This document shows positions 1-9,244 of a DNA stretch of 26,560 nt, piece after piece (the stretch's first letter is position 1; every line of letters begins with the position of its first letter). A program made the position numbers and the translations under genes. A model generated the notes under the pieces. The model did not search any database. It was not told where the DNA came from and saw only the letters and a program-made list of their open reading frames with translations. The DNA lies in the IMG/VR virus record IMGVR_UViG_3300020042_005532, positions 1 through 26,560 of that record, one strand, 5' to 3'. The DNA is from a virus. Taxonomy: Duplodnaviria > Caudoviricetes.

Positions 1-155
1 CACTTGAAGTACAACTAGGAAGTGGAGGAGAATCTGGAGGAAGCACTCAACTTTTAAATGGCACCATCGCAGCTGCTTATGTATATAATCGTACTCTTTC
101 ACCACAAGAAGTCCTACAAAACTATAACGCACAAAAATCAAGATTCGGACTATAA
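1..155 (+). CDS. C-terminal fragment of a LamG/concanavalin A-like lectin-domain virion protein (5' end outside window)
   Basis: Frame from position 3 reads LEVQLGSGGESGGSTQLLNGTIAAAYVYNRTLSPQEVLQNYNAQKSRFGL*. YNRxLSxxEVxQNYNA is the typical end of phage LamG domains. Confidence 0.75.
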   Translation, partial: LEVQLGSGGESGGSTQLLNGTIAAAYVYNRTLSPQEVLQNYNAQKSRFGL

Positions 156-168
156 AAAATAAAAAACT

Positions 169-426
169 ATGGAATATCAAAACAGAGAATTCATGATCTT
201 CAATGTATCAGAACTAGAGCAAATTGATTTTACACAAGTGCTAGAAACTTCTATTGATACAGTTCGTAAATCAGTAGATCAAACTAAAACATTTGTAAAG
301 TGGAATGGAGAACAAATCCCTTCATCAGTAGAAGCATTAACTACTAAAGAAGGACCATACACTTATGAACAAATATTAGAAATAATGAATACAGAAGAAT
401 GGACTTCTCCTATAGTAGTAGAGTAA
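169..426 (+). CDS. Hypothetical acidic phage protein, tail-gene associated
   Basis: 85-aa ORF with an A-rich leader, directly after the LamG gene; function not recognisable. Confidence 0.7.
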   Translation: MEYQNREFMIFNVSELEQIDFTQVLETSIDTVRKSVDQTKTFVKWNGEQIPSSVEALTTKEGPYTYEQILEIMNTEEWTSPIVVE

Positions 427-441
427 TAATCAAAAACCTAT

Positions 442-452
442 AATATTTATAA
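442..452 (+). promoter_or_regulatory. Putative phage late-promoter motif AATATTTATAA (variant ATATGTAT at 1907-1914)
   Basis: Lies 6 nt before the ATG at 459. A related ATATGTAT lies in the intergenic region before the fibre gene. Function is inferred only. Confidence 0.35.
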
Positions 453-458
453 TAGATC

Positions 459-674
459 ATGGACATAATAAACGGAAGACAGACAATAGACAATGGTTTA
501 ACTGTAACAAGCGGTAGTATATTAGCTACTAACTTCAACTCAGATAACGCTGTTGTTAATACAGCAGATACTTATACTGGTACTGCAAAAATAACTAACA
601 TAATCACATTATCTCAAGCTGAATACGATGCTATAGGTAGTCCTTCTTCAAATTATTTGTACGTTATAATATAG
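459..674 (+). CDS. Small tail fibre adaptor-like protein
   Basis: C-terminal ITLSQAEYDAIGSPSSNYLYVII matches the (T/S)QAEYDA...LY.I motif seen at the end of phage minor tail / upper fibre proteins. Confidence 0.6.
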   Translation: MDIINGRQTIDNGLTVTSGSILATNFNSDNAVVNTADTYTGTAKITNIITLSQAEYDAIGSPSSNYLYVII

Positions 675-678
675 TTGT

Positions 679-1884
679 ATGGGAAAATTATATGTAGGAA
701 ATACAGCCATAAATGCAATAGGTAAATTAAAAGTAGGGTCTAGTAGTATACAAAAAATATATGCTGGAAGTACATTATTATTTCCATCTTCTATAATATT
801 TCCTTCAGGCTCAAAAGATACCTCATTCAATATTGGAACTGGATTTAATAATGATGTTTTTTCAGTTAAAATTGATTCAAGCGGAAAAATATACGCAGGT
901 GGGTTTTTTGGAACATATAGCGGTTCATCACAAAACGGACTAGTAAGGCTTAATTCAGACGGTACTAAAGATACTTCATTTAATATCGGAACTGGATTTA
1001 CCGGAGGTTCAATTGTCTACTCAATAAGTCAAGAGTCAGGTGGAAAAATATATGCAGGAGGAGTTTTTACAGCATATAGTGGTTCATCACAAGAGGGATT
1101 AGTAAAAATTAATACAGATGGCACTAAAGATACATCCTTTAATATTGGAACTGGATTTAGTGCTGGTGAAATATATGCAACAGAAATTGATTCTAATGGA
1201 AAACTATTAGTTGGAGGACTTTTTTTAAATTATAGCGGTTCATCACAAAATTCTCTAATAAGACTTAATACAGACGGTACAAAAGATACCTCATTTAATG
1301 TTGGAACTGGATTTAATGCTCAAGTATATGAATTAAAAATTGATTCAAGCGGAAAAATACTAGTTGGAGGAAACTTTACAACATATAGCGGTTCATCACA
1401 AAACCGATTAATAAGACTTAATTCTGATGGTACTAAAGATACTTCATTTAATGTTGGATCTGGAACTGATTTTGCTGTTAAATTATTAACTATTGATTCA
1501 AGTGGAAAAATATATGTGGGTGGATCATTTAGTTCATATAGTGGTTCAACTCAAAACGGACTAGTGCGACTTAACTCAGACGGTACTAAAGACACTTTAT
1601 TTAATGTTGGGACAGGATCTAATGGTATTGTTGAATCTTTAATAATTGATGTTAGTGGAAGTCTTATGGTCGGTGGATCATTTACCACATACAGTGGTTC
1701 AGGACAAAATGGATTAATAAAACTTAATACAGACGGTACAAAAGATACAACATTTGATATAGGAACAGGATTTAATTCTAGTGTCCAATCACTTATAATC
1801 CAATCAGATGGAAAAATAGTAGCTGGTGGAGGTTTTACAACTTATAGTGGATCAACGCAAAATTACATAGTAAGACTTACATAA
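679..1884 (+). CDS. Delta-60 repeat (DUF5122-like) beta-propeller protein, probable receptor-binding or decoration protein
   Basis: Seven ~54-aa repeats: KDTSFN.GTGF...IDSSGKI..GG.F..YSGS.QN.L.RLN.DG. Short N-terminal KLYVG/KIYAG beta motif. Confidence 0.8.
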   Translation: MGKLYVGNTAINAIGKLKVGSSSIQKIYAGSTLLFPSSIIFPSGSKDTSFNIGTGFNNDVFSVKIDSSGKIYAGGFFGTYSGSSQNGLVRLNSDGTKDTSFNIGTGFTGGSIVYSISQESGGKIYAGGVFTAYSGSSQEGLVKINTDGTKDTSFNIGTGFSAGEIYATEIDSNGKLLVGGLFLNYSGSSQNSLIRLNTDGTKDTSFNVGTGFNAQVYELKIDSSGKILVGGNFTTYSGSSQNRLIRLNSDGTKDTSFNVGSGTDFAVKLLTIDSSGKIYVGGSFSSYSGSTQNGLVRLNSDGTKDTLFNVGTGSNGIVESLIIDVSGSLMVGGSFTTYSGSGQNGLIKLNTDGTKDTTFDIGTGFNSSVQSLIIQSDGKIVAGGGFTTYSGSTQNYIVRLT

Positions 1885-1937
1885 ATAATAAAGGTAAGTA
1901 AATTGTATATGTATATCTGATACAATAATATAAATAA

Positions 1938-4900
1938 ATGGGCCAATCCGTCAATTTAATCAGATATGGGGGTAATGCTGTTTTAAACACATTACAAATA
2001 GCACTTACTGAAAGTTCCTCCTTAAATAGATATGTAGTAGCAGATGGTAGTGGTAAAGTTTATTATAGTACTGCTAGTGCTGGTGGTGGCGGAGGCACTG
2101 TAACTAATGTATCAGTTGCAACCGCAAATGGTCTTGCTGGATCTGTAGCAAATCCAACAACAACCCCAGCAATCACTTTATCAACTACCGTTACTGGATT
2201 ATTAAAAGGTAACGGTACCTCTATATCAGCGGCTTCTGCAGGTACTGATTATATATCTTCAACTGTTGGAACTGCTTCGTGGGCTACAAATGCACTAACA
2301 GCATCTTTACCTCTTAGAGGACTAATTACAGCCTCAGTATCAAATACAACAATTACCTTTACCAAAGGTGATGGTAGTACTTTTGATATAACTGTAGCTC
2401 AATCTGGATCAGTAGCAACAGCATCATATGCTTTGTTTGCTGTATCAAGTTCATTTGCAACATCAGCATCTTACGCTTTATCCGCGTCAATTGCAACTAC
2501 AGCATCCTATGTTCTTCAAGCAGTATCTGCCTCATTCGCTACACAAGCAGCAAATGCAACTACAGCATCCTATGTTCTTCAAGCAGTATCTGCCTCATTC
2601 GCTACACAAGCAGCAAATGCAACTACAGCATCTTATATTCTTAATGCTGTAAGTGCATCATTCGCTTCAACAGCATCCTTTGTAACAACGGCTCAAACAG
2701 CATCTTATGTTCTTCAAGCAGTATCTGCCTCATTCGCTACAACTGCAGCAAATGCAACTACTGCTTCCTATGTTCTTCAAGCAGTATCTGCTTCGTTTGC
2801 TACTCTAGCTCAAACAGCTAATACCGCTTCTTATGTTCTTAATGCAGTATCTGCTTCATTTGCTACTCTAGCTCAAACAGCTAATACCGCTTCTTATGTT
2901 CTTAATGCAGTATCTGCTTCATTTGCTACAACTGCAGCAAATGCAACTACTGCTTCTTATGTTCTTAATGCAATATCTGCTTCATTTGCTACAACTGCAG
3001 CAAATGCAACTACAGCATCCTATGTTCTTCAAGCAGTATCTGCCTCATTCGCTACAACTGCAGCAAATGCAACTACTGCTTCTTATGTTCTTAATGCAAT
3101 ATCTGCTTCATTTGCTACAACTGCAGCAAATGCAACTACTGCTTCTTATGTTCTTCAAGCCGTGTCTGCTTCATTTGCTACGCAAGCAGCAAGTGCAACT
3201 ACGGCATCATACGTTTTAAATGCAGTATCTGCTTCATTTGCTACAACTGCAGCAAATGCAACTACTGCTTCTTATGTTCTCAATGCAGTATCTGCTTCGT
3301 TTGCAACTACGGCATCATACGTTTTAAATGCTGTAAGTGCTTCATTCGCTTCAACTGCCTCGTCTGCAGATAATTTTACTGTAAGAGGTACTCTTACTGC
3401 ACAAACGATTATAGCACAAACAATTACCTCATCAACTGATTTCGTAACTGGCTCTACTCGCTTTGGTAGTTTACTTACAGATACTCACCAATTTACTGGT
3501 TCAGTAAGTATAACTGGAAGTTTAGCTGTAAATGGAAGTAATGTAATATTATCTAATCAGACATCATCAATGTCTGTTGCTACGGCCTCATATGTTCTCA
3601 ATGCAGTATCTGCTTCGTTTGCAACAACTGCAGTAAATGCAACAACAGCATCCTATGTTCTTAATGCTGTATCTGCTTCGTTTGCAACAACTGCTGCAAA
3701 TGCAACTACAGCATCATACGTTTTAAATGCTGTAAGTGCATCATTCGCTTCAACATCATCAAACGTTTTAGGCGGTGCTACAAATTATATTCCATTATGG
3801 AATACTAATACTACTTTAAGTAGTAGTGTAATGTATCAATCTTCAAGTAATGTTGGTATAGGTACTACAAGTCCTGACTACAAATTAGACATTAATTCAG
3901 CATCTAGTTATAAAACATTAATGTTACGAGCAAATGCAATAGGTACTAGATTTGATGCTGCTCTAGATTTTAATGCTGTTAATGTTTCTACATCTCCATA
4001 CGCTCGTATAGGTCTACAAGTAACTACTGCTACTGCTGGTTCTGAGACAGGAGGTTTAACATTTTGGACAATAAATAATGGTTCTCTTTCTGAGAAATTA
4101 TTAATTAGTTCAGGAGGTAATGTTGGTATAGGTACTACATCACCAACAAGCAATCTCCACATCAGCAGTTCAAACGCAGCTATTGCTCGTTTTGGTGCTA
4201 ATTCATCTAATAAAACATTAATAGTAGGAGCAGAAACTGGTGGTAACTACGTAACAGCAGATATAGCTCAAGTATTAGTTACTAATGGTAATTTACATAT
4301 TGATTCAACTAGCGGCCAAATATTATATTTACAATATTATGCTACTACCAATACTATCATAAATGCACAGGGTGGTAATGTTGGTATAGGTACTACAGCA
4401 CCAGCATACAAATTAGAAGTAAATGGTACTAGCTATTTTACTAGTACTATGGGTATAAACGGTGAAGGTAATGGTATCACTGTAGATACAGGCTATGGCA
4501 ATAATGGTAGAGTAGGATTAATGAAGTATGGTGGTCTTGAAGGTATGCTAGTTGCTGGAAATACTACTACATTAAGATTAGGTCATAGAACAGATAGTGA
4601 TTATGTAGCTTCTGGAAGTGCTGCAACCATTAGAGTAGATATGCTTATAGCAACTAATGGTAGTGTTGGTATAGGTACTACATCACCAGGAGCAAAACTT
4701 CACATTTCATCATCAACGGTAAATGATGCTCTATTAATAACCACCCCAAATAATAATAGTACATTATATCCTTTCTTTTTAGGAGGTGCTACATTAACGA
4801 GTGATAATTATTTAAGAGCAAACAACAATATAATTGAATTTTTTAGAAATGGTGGACCCGCAACAATAAGAACTGTTGGCTCTACAAATAATTTAGTATT

Positions 4901-7900
4901 ACAATCTGCAACTAATTTAATTTTTAATACTAATGGATCAGAAAGGATGCGTATTACCGATACAGGTAATGTTGGTATAGGTACTACAAGTCCAAGCAGA
5001 TCATTACATTTAGTTGGAGCAAGTGCATTGTTTCAAAATGCAGGTGCATTTGAATTAGATTTATTAAACTCTACAAGTGGCAATTATTTAAGAGCAACCG
5101 CAGGAGCAACAGATTCAAATATCGGAACTATCCAAAATATTCCATTTAGCTTTATAATGAATAGTTCAAGAGTTGGACAGTTCACAAGTACAAATGGTAA
5201 TTTGATTCTTCAAAACGGGGGAACATTCTCTGACACAGGTGAACGTTTAAAAGTATCAGGAAGTGTAAGCATAACAGGAAACACATTAATAAGTGCAGGC
5301 AACTTATCAATATTCACTACCAATACTCCAAGAAGAATTAATTTACAGGTTGCAAATGGTAGCAAGGCAGCAGCAATAGGGATAGAGGCAGGAGGTACAA
5401 TGCATTCTGTTATTGGTCCTGATACAAGTGTAACTGATTTTTTACAAATAGCATCAAGAGCAGGTATTTCATTTTATTCCAATTCAACCATAGGTAATAT
5501 AGTCACAGATCCTACTAATGAAAGGATGCGACTTGATACAAATGGAAATTTAGGGATAGGCACTACAAGTGCAAGCGCATACTCAATGCAATTAGCAGTT
5601 GTAAATAATATAGGATTAATTCCAACAACACAAAATACTGTTGGTTCTGCCGTTTATTTAAAATCTCAATTAGGAGCTTCAGGTGGTGAGAATTTTATTT
5701 CAAATGAAATTACCACATTTAATAATGCTGCTAACTACGACACATCGTTAATTTTCTTAACTCGGTTAGGCACGAGTGCATCAGAACGCATGCGTCTAAC
5801 CTCCACAGGATTAGGTATAGGTACTACATCACCATCTGCTAAATTAGATGTAAGTGGAAGTGTAAATATTGCAGAAGATATTAATTTAAGTAGAGCAATA
5901 AGTCCTGCAATTGTATCAACTACAAACCAAAATATAAGACTTAGTACAAATGGTTTTGAAGCGGTTCTTGACACAACGGGTAGATTTAGAACTTCTATTG
6001 GATTCAGAACAGATGGATTTTTACAAGCAGTTAATTTAGCAGTAGGTGCATCTTTTTATAATACAACAGCACCAACAAATGGAGCAATTATTCAAGGCAA
6101 TGTAGGCATAGGTACTACATCACCATCATCAACCCTAACAGTATCAGGAAGTATATCAGGCTCAGGTGCTGTATATTTCAAAGGTATAACATCAGCAACT
6201 CAAACTAACATCGTTAGTATAGATACAACAACAGGACAGTTGTATTATCAAGCAACAGGATCATTTGTAGCAGCTTCTGCTTCATATGCTGCAACAGCAT
6301 CTAATGTATTAGGTGGAACTACTAACTATCTTGCTAGATGGACTAGTGCTACTACATTAGGTATTGGTGTTGCATACGATAATGGAACTAACGTAGGTAT
6401 AGGTACTACAAGTCCAAGTTCTAAATTAGATGTGGTTGGAAGTGGTACAATTAGTGGAATTGCATCTTTAGGTATAAGCGAAACAACAACACTTGCTTAC
6501 ATAGGAGATAGGAATACTGTTGGTACAAGATATATTAGATTTAGCAGATCAAGTTCTTTAACTGACATCGTAAATATTCAAGGTGTTAATGGTGGTATTG
6601 GTGCTGCTAATATTGCATTACAAGCGGAAGGAGGTAATGTTGGTATAGGTACTACATCGCCTGCTACTAAGTTTGTTGTAAGTAATGCAGGGGCAAGTGG
6701 TCTTGAAATTGACCCTATTGGTGGTGTAGGTAGCGGAGTATTATTCCAAGCATATAATAGAAGTACATCAGCATATATGGCACAGTCATATTATGCTCTT
6801 TCACATACATTTAATGTTGGTAGTGGTGGTTCAACAAGGGTTCTTGATATAACAAGTGGGGGGAACGTAGGTATAGGTACTACATCCCCTACTGATAAAT
6901 TAGATGTAGCTGGAGGTATTATAAGTACAGGAACCTACCAAGCAAGAATGATTGGAGGTGCAGGTGGAGCATATTTTGGTTCAATGACATCAATTCCTGT
7001 AATATTTCAAGTAAATCAAAATGAAGTTGCAAGATTTGATTCAAGCGGGAATTTAGGTATAGGTACTACATCGCCTGGTGCAAAACTTCACATCTCATCA
7101 TCAACTGTAAATGATGCTCTATTAATAACCACCCCAAATAATAATACTTCATTATATCCTTTCTTTTTAGGAGGTCCTACATTAACGAGTGATAATTATT
7201 TAAGGGCTAATGCAAGTATAATTGAATTTTTTAGAAATGGTGCACCAGCAACAATAAGAACTGTTGGCTCTACAAATAATTTGACTTTACAATCTGCAAA
7301 TAATTTAATTTTTAATACTAACGGAGCTAACGAATATGCTAGAATAGATACTAATGGTAATGTTGGTATAGGTACTACATCCCCTGCCTCTCTTCTCCAT
7401 GTTTCTAAAGCAGGTAATTCTGCTGGTGGTACAATATTAATGGGTATTGCTAATGATTCAACCAGTAAATGGTCATATTTAGTAAGCACACAATATAACA
7501 GCAGTACCCACCCTCAAGGATATGCTTTAATTGGGGGCTTTACATCAGCAACAGCAAATACAGTTATAATTGGTGGTAACATCTATGAAGCTAACCCAGC
7601 TACAGAAATTCAATTTTGGACACACACCGCTGTTAGTCATAATTTAGGAGGTAGTCAAAGAATGACTATTAATACAAGTGGTAACGTAGGTATAGGTACT
7701 ACATCGCCAACGGTTTCACTTCAAGTACAAAGTTCAAGTTTCCCTGAACAAAGAATTACAGATGGTACAATAGGTTATCAAATGTACTCAAGCACAGGAG
7801 GTTCTGAATTTGTTTGTGGAACTTTTACAAATCATAGTTTGGTGTTTAGGACAAACGCTACCGAACAACTGCGTCTAACCTCCACAGGATTAGGCATCGG

Positions 7901-9224
7901 CACGACATCTCCAGGGGAAAAGTTGACAATTAATGGTTATATAGGATTGCAATATTCGGGTACTCAAAAATGGCATTTGGGTGCTGATTCAAGTAATAAC
8001 TTGTCATTTGTCCGTTCTGGTATTGCAGAAAGAATGGTATTAAATTCTGATGGCAACCTCGGTCTTGGAGTTACACCGAGTGCGTGGGATACAGTTAGTG
8101 CTATGCAATTTACAGGAGGCTCTGTTGCGTCATATTCAAATTATGCAATGTGGTTAAGTTCTAATGCTTTTTATACCGCTGCATCAGGTTGGAAATATGT
8201 TGCATCAACAACTGCTGCACAATATCTTTTAGATGGTAATATTCATAAATGGTACATCGCTCCTTCAGGAACGGCAGGTAACGCTATAACCTTTACCCAA
8301 GCGATGACGCTGACAAGTGGGGGGGATTTGGCAGTTGGAACAACTGGTACTACTTATGCAAGAGTTCAAATTAACAAAAGCGGAGCAGGATTTCAAGATG
8401 CACTTATTTTAGAAAACACAAATTCAGCAGCAGCAAATTTAGGTACTTCATTGACATTTGCAGGAGCAGGAAGTGTTGCACAAACAGTAATAAGAAGTGG
8501 ATGGGATGGAGCAGCAACAACTGATGCTTATTTGTCGTTTTTGACAAAAGGTTCTGGAAGTGTTACCGAACGCCTCCGCATCACTTCGGGGGGGGATGTG
8601 GGTATTGGTACTTCATCGCCCGGTGCTACATTAGATGTTAATGGTACGATATATTCACGTTCAGCGAGTGGAATATATAGTGATGCATTTAGTGCTTATT
8701 CGGGTTCATCAATTTCAATGAACGCAGGTTCAAGTCATTTTGCGGTTACTGTAAATAGTTCCGAACGCCTCCGCATCACTTCGGGGGGGAATTTACTTGT
8801 GGGAACGACTGCCGACCAAGGATACCGTGTACAAATCACAGGCAGTGGTGATAATATGCTTAACGTATGGGGTGCAACAGCTCCATCAATTAGACTTGAT
8901 AATGCTGCTAGTGGTGCAACTCAGAGGTTCTTAATTGGTCTTGCAACAGCTACAAATAACTTTATACAGGGTGCAAGTGCAGGTAATGTGTGTATAACCA
9001 CAGCATCAGCATCTCCTATAGTATTTGGAATGTGGCAGACTAGTACAGCAAGTGAGGTGATGAGGATTACTACATCTAACAATCTGCTTATAAATAAAAC
9101 TGTAGACGGGGGACAACGGCTTCAAGTTAGTGGAAGTGTTAACTTAGCAAGTCTTCCAACATCAGCATCAGGATTAGTAGCAGGGGATGTATGGAATAAT
9201 AGTGGTGTACTTAACATAGTTTAA
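1938..9224 (+). CDS. Long modular tail fibre / receptor-binding protein (2428 aa)
   Basis: Ala/Ser/Thr-rich 21-aa repeats, then more than 15 GNVGIGTTSP-bounded modules, ending in an LPTS..G..W.N.G.L motif. No S74 chaperone domain is visible. Confidence 0.85.
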   Translation: MGQSVNLIRYGGNAVLNTLQIALTESSSLNRYVVADGSGKVYYSTASAGGGGGTVTNVSVATANGLAGSVANPTTTPAITLSTTVTGLLKGNGTSISAASAGTDYISSTVGTASWATNALTASLPLRGLITASVSNTTITFTKGDGSTFDITVAQSGSVATASYALFAVSSSFATSASYALSASIATTASYVLQAVSASFATQAANATTASYVLQAVSASFATQAANATTASYILNAVSASFASTASFVTTAQTASYVLQAVSASFATTAANATTASYVLQAVSASFATLAQTANTASYVLNAVSASFATLAQTANTASYVLNAVSASFATTAANATTASYVLNAISASFATTAANATTASYVLQAVSASFATTAANATTASYVLNAISASFATTAANATTASYVLQAVSASFATQAASATTASYVLNAVSASFATTAANATTASYVLNAVSASFATTASYVLNAVSASFASTASSADNFTVRGTLTAQTIIAQTITSSTDFVTGSTRFGSLLTDTHQFTGSVSITGSLAVNGSNVILSNQTSSMSVATASYVLNAVSASFATTAVNATTASYVLNAVSASFATTAANATTASYVLNAVSASFASTSSNVLGGATNYIPLWNTNTTLSSSVMYQSSSNVGIGTTSPDYKLDINSASSYKTLMLRANAIGTRFDAALDFNAVNVSTSPYARIGLQVTTATAGSETGGLTFWTINNGSLSEKLLISSGGNVGIGTTSPTSNLHISSSNAAIARFGANSSNKTLIVGAETGGNYVTADIAQVLVTNGNLHIDSTSGQILYLQYYATTNTIINAQGGNVGIGTTAPAYKLEVNGTSYFTSTMGINGEGNGITVDTGYGNNGRVGLMKYGGLEGMLVAGNTTTLRLGHRTDSDYVASGSAATIRVDMLIATNGSVGIGTTSPGAKLHISSSTVNDALLITTPNNNSTLYPFFLGGATLTSDNYLRANNNIIEFFRNGGPATIRTVGSTNNLVLQSATNLIFNTNGSERMRITDTGNVGIGTTSPSRSLHLVGASALFQNAGAFELDLLNSTSGNYLRATAGATDSNIGTIQNIPFSFIMNSSRVGQFTSTNGNLILQNGGTFSDTGERLKVSGSVSITGNTLISAGNLSIFTTNTPRRINLQVANGSKAAAIGIEAGGTMHSVIGPDTSVTDFLQIASRAGISFYSNSTIGNIVTDPTNERMRLDTNGNLGIGTTSASAYSMQLAVVNNIGLIPTTQNTVGSAVYLKSQLGASGGENFISNEITTFNNAANYDTSLIFLTRLGTSASERMRLTSTGLGIGTTSPSAKLDVSGSVNIAEDINLSRAISPAIVSTTNQNIRLSTNGFEAVLDTTGRFRTSIGFRTDGFLQAVNLAVGASFYNTTAPTNGAIIQGNVGIGTTSPSSTLTVSGSISGSGAVYFKGITSATQTNIVSIDTTTGQLYYQATGSFVAASASYAATASNVLGGTTNYLARWTSATTLGIGVAYDNGTNVGIGTTSPSSKLDVVGSGTISGIASLGISETTTLAYIGDRNTVGTRYIRFSRSSSLTDIVNIQGVNGGIGAANIALQAEGGNVGIGTTSPATKFVVSNAGASGLEIDPIGGVGSGVLFQAYNRSTSAYMAQSYYALSHTFNVGSGGSTRVLDITSGGNVGIGTTSPTDKLDVAGGIISTGTYQARMIGGAGGAYFGSMTSIPVIFQVNQNEVARFDSSGNLGIGTTSPGAKLHISSSTVNDALLITTPNNNTSLYPFFLGGPTLTSDNYLRANASIIEFFRNGAPATIRTVGSTNNLTLQSANNLIFNTNGANEYARIDTNGNVGIGTTSPASLLHVSKAGNSAGGTILMGIANDSTSKWSYLVSTQYNSSTHPQGYALIGGFTSATANTVIIGGNIYEANPATEIQFWTHTAVSHNLGGSQRMTINTSGNVGIGTTSPTVSLQVQSSSFPEQRITDGTIGYQMYSSTGGSEFVCGTFTNHSLVFRTNATEQLRLTSTGLGIGTTSPGEKLTINGYIGLQYSGTQKWHLGADSSNNLSFVRSGIAERMVLNSDGNLGLGVTPSAWDTVSAMQFTGGSVASYSNYAMWLSSNAFYTAASGWKYVASTTAAQYLLDGNIHKWYIAPSGTAGNAITFTQAMTLTSGGDLAVGTTGTTYARVQINKSGAGFQDALILENTNSAAANLGTSLTFAGAGSVAQTVIRSGWDGAATTDAYLSFLTKGSGSVTERLRITSGGDVGIGTSSPGATLDVNGTIYSRSASGIYSDAFSAYSGSSISMNAGSSHFAVTVNSSERLRITSGGNLLVGTTADQGYRVQITGSGDNMLNVWGATAPSIRLDNAASGATQRFLIGLATATNNFIQGASAGNVCITTASASPIVFGMWQTSTASEVMRITTSNNLLINKTVDGGQRLQVSGSVNLASLPTSASGLVAGDVWNNSGVLNIV
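2493..3350 (+). repeat. Tandem 63-bp (21-aa) coding repeat ATTASYVL(Q/N)AVSASFATTAAN, 14 copies
   Basis: Counted 14 SY(V/I)L(Q/N)A(V/I)SASF units in the translation; neighbouring copies are near-identical in DNA. Confidence 0.9.
3579..3750 (+). repeat. Second block of the same 63-bp repeat, 3 copies
   Basis: Three SYVLNAVSASF units after a spacer domain. Confidence 0.85.
4668..4937 (+). repeat. 270-bp fibre module duplication, copy 1 (copy 2 at 7056-7325)
   Basis: GIGTTSPGAKLHISSSTVNDALLITTPNNN...NLIFNTNG occurs twice with high DNA identity. Confidence 0.9.
7056..7325 (+). repeat. 270-bp fibre module duplication, copy 2
   Basis: Same length and collinear with 4668-4937, with scattered substitutions. 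Confidence 0.9.
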
Positions 9225-9244
9225 ACAAATAAAAACAAATAAAA

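Noticed and set aside
2428-3219. Leu/Gln-rich ORFs 2428-2652 and 2896-3219
   Set aside because: Alternate-frame shadows of the 63-bp repeat inside the fibre gene.
2493-3750. Repeat array as CRISPR or as an antifreeze (Ala-Ala-Thr) protein
   Set aside because: The repeats are contiguous, in frame and lack unique spacers, and no cas genes are present. The Ala-x-x periodicity is adequately explained by a fibre stalk.
4668-7325. Duplicated module as a diversity-generating retroelement TR/VR pair
   Set aside because: Both copies are in frame within one gene, differences are not confined to adenines, and no reverse transcriptase is in the window.
3855-8789. Classical invertase shufflon
   Set aside because: All junction repeats are direct and in one ORF. 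No inverted cassettes or site-specific recombinase are visible.
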